Part shown: positions 57,232-64,000 of the stretch, piece after piece
Layout of the letters: each line of letters begins with the position of its first letter
How positions within the stretch are numbered: position 1 is the stretch's first letter
Assembly (NCBI GenBank): GCA_017561145.1
Contig: JAFZDO010000025.1
Coordinates: forward strand, 17,776-81,775
Length of the DNA: 64,000 bases
Source: Clostridia bacterium
GTDB lineage: Bacteria; Bacillota; Clostridia; Oscillospirales; CAG-382
Direction of reading: 5' to 3'
The notes under the pieces: generated by a model
Databases searched by the model: none
What the model saw: only the letters and a program-made list of their open reading frames with translations
Told to the model about the DNA's origin: nothing
Made by a program: the position numbers and the translations under genes

Positions 57232-58146
57232 ATGGCTATTAAAACTCCCGCAGAAAACCTAATAATATTACCTCGGGACGTTTTATCCCATATCAAAAAC
57301 GCGTCCGCAGAGGAATTGAAAGCTCTTGTTTATTTCTTTGCAGAGCCCGAAAGCAGTGTCGCCGATGCCGCGCGTGAGCTTGGCTTGACGGTTTCGCAAG
57401 CAGAAGCCGCGATCGCATTTTGGCGCGGAGCGGCGGTTTTTTCCGAAAGCGAGGGCAAAAAGAAAAAGCTTGCAAGCGATACTGCCGTTTACCGCAATTA
57501 CGATTCGGAAACTATTACGGACGCGCTTATAAATCAAGCCGATTTTGCGATGCTCAATGAATTCGTTTGCGAAAGATTGGCGAAATCGGTGCTTACCAAA
57601 AACGATCTGAGCTCTCTTTTCTATCTTTATGATTACGCGCGCATCCCTGCACCGGTTATCTGCGGAATAGCAGAGGATTGCTGTGCAAACGGCAAAGCGA
57701 ATATGCAGTACATATTCAAGACGGCGATATCGCTTTACGAGCAGGGAATCGACACCTATGAAAAGCTCGAAGCATATCTTACCCGAAAAGCCGAGATAAA
57801 CAGTAACGTCGGCAAGCTCCGCAAGCTTTTCGGCATGGGTGACCGTGCGCTTACAAGCAAGGAAAAGAAGACCTTCGATCAGTGGTTCGGCGAATGGGCG
57901 TTTAAATTTGACGTTGTCGAGCTTGCCTATGAAAAGACGGTCGATGCGACCGGTAAGGTAAGCATCAGTTATATGAACACAATACTACGCCGTTGGTATG
58001 ACAGCGGATTTGCAACGGTCGAGGATATAAATACAGGCGATTCGAGCCGAAAAGCGGGAACCGATTCGAGCCTTGACGGAAGCGACGAATTCATAGAAGC
58101 GGCGCTTTCAAGAGGATTTGACGATCTGTTTGGTGATAACAAATGA
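57232..58146 (+). CDS. DnaD domain protein
   Basis: Two DnaB_2-like repeats, SYMNTILRRW motif. Confidence 0.8.
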   Translation: MAIKTPAENLIILPRDVLSHIKNASAEELKALVYFFAEPESSVADAARELGLTVSQAEAAIAFWRGAAVFSESEGKKKKLASDTAVYRNYDSETITDALINQADFAMLNEFVCERLAKSVLTKNDLSSLFYLYDYARIPAPVICGIAEDCCANGKANMQYIFKTAISLYEQGIDTYEKLEAYLTRKAEINSNVGKLRKLFGMGDRALTSKEKKTFDQWFGEWAFKFDVVELAYEKTVDATGKVSISYMNTILRRWYDSGFATVEDINTGDSSRKAGTDSSLDGSDEFIEAALSRGFDDLFGDNK

Positions 58147-59072
58147 AACTGAATGAAGCACTAAGTATAAAAACCGAAAACAGAATAGCCGCAATGGACG
58201 AAGCCGAAAGAAGACGTAACGAACTTCATTTGAGATTGCCTCGCGTTAAGGTTATTGACGATATAATGCGCGAGATACCTATGCGTGTGCTGATAGGCGA
58301 AAGCGTGGAAGCACTGCGTGCCGAAAGCACTGCTTTAGAGAAAGAGCGCGAACAAATTCTTGCCTCGTGCGGATATGACAAGGATTACGACGTTCCGAAA
58401 TTTGACTGTCCCGATTGCAACGACGGCGGATATTGCGGAATAAAGCTTTGCCATTGTGTAAGAGAGCTTATGTCGGTCGAAAACTACCGCGCAAGCAGTC
58501 TTGCGGGAGGCCTTTTGGATAAGACCTTCGAAAGCTTTTCGCTATCTTACTATGCACAGGGACCCGAGCGCGATCATATGGAGACCGTTCTTGAGGGTTG
58601 TAAGCTTTATGCCGATAAATTCCCCAACGATAACGCCGCAGGGCTTTATTTCTACGGCGGTACGGGCTTGGGCAAGACCCACCTTACAGCCGCAATCGCA
58701 AACGTCGTTTCGGCAAAGGGCTTAAGTGTTATTTACGAATCTGCACAGCAGATTTTTGACACGGTAGAGGCGGTGCGATTTAACCGTGCCGACATTTCCG
58801 AAAGAAAGAAATACGAAAATTGCTCGTTGCTTATTATTGACGATTTGGGTGCGGAATGTATGTCGCAATACAGTGTTTCTGCAATAACGAGCATTATCGA
58901 TATGAGAATCGTCAACGGCAAAAAAACACTTATTTCGTCCAACCTTAATCCCAACGGACTCAAAAAAACGTACGGCGAACGACTTTATTCGCGCGTGCTG
59001 GGAGAATTTCGTAATCTTTCCTTTTTGGGTAGAGATATCAGACTTCAAAAGGTAAAGGGTGTCAAGGATTGA
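58143..59072 (+). CDS. DnaC/IstB-like AAA+ ATPase (putative helicase loader)
   Basis: CPDCND.G...[32 protein letters not shown]. Confidence 0.85.
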   Translation: MKLNEALSIKTENRIAAMDEAERRRNELHLRLPRVKVIDDIMREIPMRVLIGESVEALRAESTALEKEREQILASCGYDKDYDVPKFDCPDCNDGGYCGIKLCHCVRELMSVENYRASSLAGGLLDKTFESFSLSYYAQGPERDHMETVLEGCKLYADKFPNDNAAGLYFYGGTGLGKTHLTAAIANVVSAKGLSVIYESAQQIFDTVEAVRFNRADISERKKYENCSLLIIDDLGAECMSQYSVSAITSIIDMRIVNGKKTLISSNLNPNGLKKTYGERLYSRVLGEFRNLSFLGRDIRLQKVKGVKD

Positions 59073-59512
59073 AAACGGTAGATATTTATACAGACGGCGC
59101 TTGTAAGGGAAACCCCGGCGCAGGCGGTTGGAGTGCGATATTGGTCTTCGGCGGCAAGGAAAAAGAGCTTTTCGGCGGAGAAAGGGTCACGACCAACAAC
59201 CGAATGGAGCTGACCGCCGCGATCGAAGGCTTGAAAGCGCTTAAGGAGCCGTGCAAGGTAAATCTTTACAGCGACTCGCAATATCTCGTCAACGCGATCA
59301 ACAAGGGCTGGCTCGAAAGCTGGAAGAAAAAGGGCTGGCGCAAGGCGGATAAATCAGCCGTTCTGAACGACGACCTTTGGAAGACGCTTGATGAATTGCT
59401 TTGCACGCACGAGGTTGAATTTATCTGGGTGCGCGGACACGACGGGCACGAATATAACGAGCGTTGCGACGAATTGGCAAGCGGTTTTGCAGAGCGGCTT
59501 AAGGCAGAGTGA
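59069..59512 (+). CDS. rnhA: Ribonuclease HI
   Basis: [39 protein letters not shown]. Confidence 0.97.
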   Translation: MKTVDIYTDGACKGNPGAGGWSAILVFGGKEKELFGGERVTTNNRMELTAAIEGLKALKEPCKVNLYSDSQYLVNAINKGWLESWKKKGWRKADKSAVLNDDLWKTLDELLCTHEVEFIWVRGHDGHEYNERCDELASGFAERLKAE

Positions 59513-59516
59513 CCTG

Positions 59517-60383
59517 ATGAAAAAATTCGAAACGAAAAACTTTTTATTGCTTACGATAGCGGGCTTGATAAACGCATTTGGCGTTACCTTCTTTCTTGCG
59601 CCCGTAAAGCTTTACGACAGCGGTATTTCGGGTACCTCGATGCTTTTGTCGCAAATAACCCCCAATTGGATGTCGCTTTCGGTGTTCCTTATTTTGCTTA
59701 ACGTTCCGTTGTTTGTTTACGGCTTGAAAAAGCAGGGAATTCATTTTACCGTCTATGCGATATACACGGTTGCGATGTATTCGCTTTTCGCGTTTTTGAT
59801 AAACGACGTATTACCGGTCGACGTGAGCATGGCTTCGCCCTTGGCGGAAAGCGACCTTTTGCTTTGTGCGCTTTTCGGCGGACTCATTTCGGGTGCGGGA
59901 AGCGGTTTGGCAATACGCTTCGGCGGCGCGATGGACGGCATCGAGGTCCTTGCGGTAATATTCGCAAAGCGCATAGGAATTACCGTCGGCACCTTCGTTA
60001 TGGTCTATAACGTTATCCTTTACGTAATATGCGGACTTATCCTTCAAAGCTGGATATTGCCGCTTTATTCGATAGTTGCATATATGGCGGCGCTCAAGAC
60101 CGTAGACTTTATTGTAGAGGGTTTTGACAGATCGAAGGCGGCAATGATCGTAACTGCGTGCCCCGACGACGTGTGCAAGGCGCTTTCGGAAGAATTCGGA
60201 AGCGGAATGACGCTTCTAAAGGCGCAGGGCTTTTATTCGGGAAGCGATATGGTCGCGGTTTATTTCATCGTGAACCGTTTTCAGGTAGGCAGAATGAAGA
60301 GCATCGTCCACGAATGTGATCCCAAGGCATACATTTCGATCACCGAGGTGGCAAACGTCTATTCCTCAAACGCAGACAAATAA
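59517..60383 (+). CDS. YitT family membrane protein
   Basis: GISG.S, LNVPL, GG..DG.E, DPKAYISI; start set at ATG 59517. Confidence 0.85.
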   Translation: MKKFETKNFLLLTIAGLINAFGVTFFLAPVKLYDSGISGTSMLLSQITPNWMSLSVFLILLNVPLFVYGLKKQGIHFTVYAIYTVAMYSLFAFLINDVLPVDVSMASPLAESDLLLCALFGGLISGAGSGLAIRFGGAMDGIEVLAVIFAKRIGITVGTFVMVYNVILYVICGLILQSWILPLYSIVAYMAALKTVDFIVEGFDRSKAAMIVTACPDDVCKALSEEFGSGMTLLKAQGFYSGSDMVAVYFIVNRFQVGRMKSIVHECDPKAYISITEVANVYSSNADK

Positions 60384-60390
60384 AAACACA

Positions 60391-60426
60391 CCACCCGAGG
60401 CGATCTGCTTCGGGTGGCTATTTTTT
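60391..60426. terminator. Terminator between convergent genes
   Basis: CCACCCGAGG...CTTCGGGTGG followed by TTTTTT. Confidence 0.75.
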
Positions 60427-61303
60427 AAAGCTCGTTTATAACCTTTAAAAGTGTTTTCATATTATCGCGCGATAGCTCGGTAAGCGGTGCGCGGAGAATG
60501 TTTTTGCAAAATCCGCGTTCGGCAAGAGCTGCTTTTAAGGGTATCGGGTTGACCTCGCACCTTAAAGCATCGCAAAGCGGAATCAGGCGCGTTTGCAATT
60601 CTGCGGCTTTGGAAATGTCGCCGTCGAAATAAAGGGAGCATAACCGTTTCACGTCAAACGGGATAAGGTTTGACATGACCGAGATAACGCCCTTTCCTCC
60701 CAAAGAGAGGACGGGAAGTATTCTGTCGTCGTTGCCCGAATAGACCGGAAGCTCGTCGCCGCAAAGCGAAATTATACGCGCCGTGTCGGCAATGCTGTCG
60801 CCTGCGTCCTTGAATCCGACGGCTTGCTTGTTTTCTGCAATTTTCACCGCTGTTTCGGGCTCGATCTTCATTCCCGTGCGCGCGGGCACGCTGTAAGCGA
60901 TAAAGGGAAGGCTTGAAGCCGATGCGATATCCGAATAATAGGAAACGAGTCCCTTTTGTGTGCATTTGTTGTAATAGGGCGTAACGGCAAGTAACGCGTC
61001 CGCACCTGCGCTTGCGGCATATTCCGACATTTTGCAGGCTCGCTTGGTGTCATTGCAGCCGGTCCCTGCGATAACCGGTACGCGATGGCGCACCTGACGG
61101 ACGGCAAAGGAGATAAGCTCTTTCTTTTCATCCTCCGAAAGCGTTGACGATTCGCCCGTGGTGCCGCAAACGACAAGCGCATCGACCCCGTTCGAAAGCT
61201 GGAAATCTATCATTTTGGCAAACGAGATATAATCAATGCCTTTTTCATCAAACGGAGTGGCAAGTGCTGTTGCTACTCCGCGAAAAACAATCGACTTTTT
61301 CAT
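60425..61303 (-). CDS. dapA: 4-hydroxy-tetrahydrodipicolinate synthase
   Basis: ATPF, GTTGES, VTPYYNK, GFKDA, YSGND, NPIP.K. Confidence 0.9.
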   Translation of the reverse strand: MKKSIVFRGVATALATPFDEKGIDYISFAKMIDFQLSNGVDALVVCGTTGESSTLSEDEKKELISFAVRQVRHRVPVIAGTGCNDTKRACKMSEYAASAGADALLAVTPYYNKCTQKGLVSYYSDIASASSLPFIAYSVPARTGMKIEPETAVKIAENKQAVGFKDAGDSIADTARIISLCGDELPVYSGNDDRILPVLSLGGKGVISVMSNLIPFDVKRLCSLYFDGDISKAAELQTRLIPLCDALRCEVNPIPLKAALAERGFCKNILRAPLTELSRDNMKTLLKVINEL

Positions 61304-61323
61304 GCTATATTTTCCTTTTTAAG

Positions 61324-61352
61324 TTGAAAATTTTTAGACGATGTAGTATAAT
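61324..61352 (+). promoter_or_regulatory. Sigma-A promoter of queA
   Basis: TTGAAA-17nt-TATAAT. Confidence 0.65.
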
Positions 61353-61426
61353 ATCAAAAACATCCTCAGAACGAACCAAGCGCCCTCGAAATAAGTATAT
61401 TCCGAAAGTAAGGAAAATGAAACTTT

Positions 61427-62467
61427 ATGGATCTTTTAAAACGCTCAACCTATTTTTATGACCTTCCCGAGGAGCTTATTGCCCAAACTCCGTCGCCCGT
61501 GCGTGATATGTCGCGTCTTTTGTGTCTCGGCAAAAACGACGGAAGTGTCGAGCATAAGACCTTTCACGATATAATCGACCGCCTTAAAGAGGGCGATTGC
61601 CTTGTTATCAACGATACCAGGGTTATTCCCGCGCGCCTTTTCGGCAAGGCGGAGGGCAGAGAGGGCGAGATCGAAACGGTTTTGCTTTCGCGCGTTGAGG
61701 GTGAAGAGGGGGAGGTTTGGAAATGCCTTACCCGTCCCGGCAAGAAAACCAAAATCGGTCAAAGGGTCATCTATTCCGATGAGCTGCAAGGCGTTGTTAC
61801 CGACGTGCTTGAGGGTGGTATCCGCGTGATAAAATTCGAATACGAAGGCGTTTTTGCCGAAATACTCGATAGGGTGGGCTTAATGCCGCTTCCGCCTTAT
61901 ATTACCGAAAAGCTTGCAGATAAAAACCGCTATCAAACCGTATATGCGAAAACCGACGGCTCTGCCGCCGCGCCTACCGCAGGCTTGCATTTTACTCCCG
62001 AGCTTTTGAAAAAGGCAGAGGAAAAGGGTGTCGAGATAGTGCGCGTGCTTCTTCACGTCGGCTTGGGCACCTTCCGTCCTGTTAAGGAGGACGATCTTAA
62101 AAATCATATAATGCACGCCGAATATATTAAGGTCACCAAGGAGGCGGCGGACAGAATAAATGCCGTGCACGCCCGTGGCGGACGCGTTATTGCGGTTGGC
62201 ACGACAAGCGTGCGCACGCTTGAAACCGCGACCGACGAATCGGGTGTTATCCACCCGTACGAGGGCGATACCTCGATATTCATCCATCCCGGTGTGAAAT
62301 TCAAGTGCGTTGATGCGATGATAACCAACTTCCACCTTCCCGAAAGCACTCTTATAATGCTCGTTTGCGCCTTTGCGGGATACGACAACACGATGAACGC
62401 TTATCGCGAGGCGGTAAGCAGAAAATATCGCTTCTTCTCCTTTGGCGACGCGATGTTTATTGAATAA
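61427..62467 (+). CDS. queA: S-adenosylmethionine:tRNA ribosyltransferase-isomerase
   Basis: LPEELIAQ, PLPPYI, AAPTAGLHF, LHVGLGTF, TNFHLPES, YRFFSFGDAM. Confidence 0.98.
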   Translation: MDLLKRSTYFYDLPEELIAQTPSPVRDMSRLLCLGKNDGSVEHKTFHDIIDRLKEGDCLVINDTRVIPARLFGKAEGREGEIETVLLSRVEGEEGEVWKCLTRPGKKTKIGQRVIYSDELQGVVTDVLEGGIRVIKFEYEGVFAEILDRVGLMPLPPYITEKLADKNRYQTVYAKTDGSAAAPTAGLHFTPELLKKAEEKGVEIVRVLLHVGLGTFRPVKEDDLKNHIMHAEYIKVTKEAADRINAVHARGGRVIAVGTTSVRTLETATDESGVIHPYEGDTSIFIHPGVKFKCVDAMITNFHLPESTLIMLVCAFAGYDNTMNAYREAVSRKYRFFSFGDAMFIE

Positions 62468-62478
62468 AAAAGCAAAAA

Positions 62479-62508
62479 GAAAACGGCTCCGTGATCGGAG
62501 CCGTTTTT
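62479..62508. terminator. Bidirectional terminator
   Basis: AAAACGGCTCCG-TGAT-CGGAGCCGTTTT. Confidence 0.85.
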
Positions 62509-62518
62509 GTTGTTTAAA

Positions 62519-63676
62519 TTAAAGTGCGCGAACCTTTGCAACGCCTGCGATTGCAGTGATGTCATCGATAACGACCTGGTTGATCGCGTCGTTGGTATCG
62601 AAGAAGGAAACCGCGTTGTTACCCTTTGCCTGCGAGAAGAGCGATTCGATATTTACGTTATCCTTCGCGAGTGCCGCAGAGATCTGGGTGATGATGTTGG
62701 GGATGTTCTGGTGAAGAACTACAACACGGTTGCTTTCGGTTCTGTTCATCACGATTTCGGGATAGTTAACGCTGTTGCGGATGTTGCCGTTTTCGATGTA
62801 ATCGATAAGCTGTTCAGCCGCCATAACCGCACAGTTGTCCTCCGATTCGGGGGTGGAAGCGCCGAGGTGGGGGATACAAACAACGTGGGGAACGCCCAAA
62901 AGCTCTTCGCAGGGGAAGTCGGTTACGTAAGAAGCAACCTTGCCGCTTTCAAGCGCTTCGATAAGGTCGGGAATGTTTGCAAGATCACCGCGCGAGAGGT
63001 TGATAATGCGAACGCCGTCCTTCATCTTTGCGATGTTTTCCTTGTTGATGATGCCCTTGGTGGTGGGAAGCGAGGGGATGTGATAGGAAATATAATCCGC
63101 TTCTGCATAGATAGCATCGTAATCGTCTGCCTTGCGAACCGCACGGGAGATCGACCAAGCGTTTTTAACGGTGATATAAGGGTCGCAGCCGACAACCTTC
63201 ATCTTGATATCGCTTGCGGTGTTTGCAACCATACCGCCGATAGCGCCGAGACCGATAACGCCGAGAGTCTTGCCCTTGATTTCGGGGCCGACGAACTGGC
63301 TTTTGCCCTTTTCGACCTGCTTTGCAACGTCGGGAGTGCCCTTGAGGCTGCTTGCCCAGTTGATACCGCCGACGATATCGCGCGATGCGAGGAGGAGAGC
63401 CGCGATAGCAAGCTCCTTAACGCCGTTTGCGTTTGCACCGGGGGTGTTGAAAACAACGATGCCGTTTTCGCTGCAGCGATCTATCGGAATGTTGTTAACG
63501 CCTGCGCCTGCACGTGCGATAGCGAGAAGCTCCTTTTCAAAGGGCTCGTCGTGCAATGCCGCGGAACGGACGAGGATACCTTCTGCCTTTTCGGCGGTTT
63601 CGGAAACGTTATAGTTTTCGTTAAATACGTCAAGACCAACCTTGCTGATCTTGTTATGAAGCTTAATGTTATACAT
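62519..63676 (-). CDS. serA: D-3-phosphoglycerate dehydrogenase with ACT domain
   Basis: RAGAGVNNI, FNTPGANAN, GLGAIG, PHLGAST.ESE.NCA; coupled to serC. Confidence 0.92.
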   Translation of the reverse strand: MYNIKLHNKISKVGLDVFNENYNVSETAEKAEGILVRSAALHDEPFEKELLAIARAGAGVNNIPIDRCSENGIVVFNTPGANANGVKELAIAALLLASRDIVGGINWASSLKGTPDVAKQVEKGKSQFVGPEIKGKTLGVIGLGAIGGMVANTASDIKMKVVGCDPYITVKNAWSISRAVRKADDYDAIYAEADYISYHIPSLPTTKGIINKENIAKMKDGVRIINLSRGDLANIPDLIEALESGKVASYVTDFPCEELLGVPHVVCIPHLGASTPESEDNCAVMAAEQLIDYIENGNIRNSVNYPEIVMNRTESNRVVVLHQNIPNIITQISAALAKDNVNIESLFSQAKGNNAVSFFDTNDAINQVVIDDITAIAGVAKVRAL

Positions 63677-64000
63677 TATGCGTTCTCCTTTTCATAGTCA
63701 GCCATGAACTGAACGAGCTTTTCAACGCCTTCAATAGGCATTGCGTTATAGATAGATGCACGCATACCGCCGACAACGCGGTGACCCTTGAGGTTTACAA
63801 AGCCTGCCTTGGAAGCGGCGGAAACAAACGCCTTGTCCTTGTCGGCATCGCCGGTAACGAAGCAAACGTTCATAAGCGAGCGAACCTCTTTATCTGCGGT
63901 TGCCTTGAAGAGCTTGGAGTTATCGAGATAATCGTAAAGAATGTTTGCTTTCTTTACGTTGATCTTTTCGCGTTCTTCAAGACCGCCGGTAGCAAGGAGC
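63676..64000 (-). CDS. serC: Phosphoserine aminotransferase, C-terminal part (truncated by window edge)
   Basis: [25 protein letters not shown]. Confidence 0.93.
   Translation of the reverse strand, partial: LLATGGLEEREKINVKKANILYDYLDNSKLFKATADKEVRSLMNVCFVTGDADKDKAFVSAASKAGFVNLKGHRVVGGMRASIYNAMPIEGVEKLVQFMADYEKENA

Noticed and set aside
57232-59072. DnaD + DnaC-like pair (and radC, dut) as a prophage or mobile-element signature
   Set aside because: Embedded in housekeeping operons typical of clostridial chromosomes; no integrase or structural genes nearby.
61355-61426. preQ1 riboswitch before queA or lysine riboswitch before dapA
   Set aside because: No preQ1 consensus stem and A-rich tail; the spacer is too short for a lysine riboswitch.

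Overview
A 64-kb chromosomal segment from a Bacillota/Clostridia bacterium (Oscillospirales-like judged by gene order and a dockerin protein; this is inference). It is densely packed with housekeeping genes: miaA-yggS-sepF-yggT-divIVA-ileS-lspA-rluD, split transketolase, rqcH, tcdA, rlmH, mnmA, ldhA, nagB, scpAB, gpmI, nusB-xseA-hslO, dut, yhbY, a minimal sufC/sufB pair, tmcAL/ackA, radC, FMN riboswitch-ribU, trkAH, clpP, ddl-murI, dnaD/dnaC-like-rnhA, dapA, queA, serA/serC. I found no transposase, integrase, phage gene, CRISPR array, rRNA or tRNA. The most striking unexplained signal is non-coding: a modular, multi-hairpin intergenic element in three diverged copies (about 15501-15668 +, 23400-23527 -, 32803-32976 +) plus a partial copy (32283-32330). 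Its loops and linkers are conserved while its stems covary. One copy sits 29 nt into the original start of a flavin-reductase gene, bounded by a 31-bp direct repeat that rebuilds the gene start; two modules bracket dut. Other points of interest are an ECF sigma factor with a long C-terminal extension beside an XRE-TPR regulator, overlapping divergent promoters for ackA and tmcAL, a dockerin-bearing SGNH hydrolase with an operator-like palindrome, tandem zinc-ribbon membrane paralogs with duplicated promoters, and an orphan solute-binding lipoprotein. All product calls come from motif recognition by eye; no database search was run.
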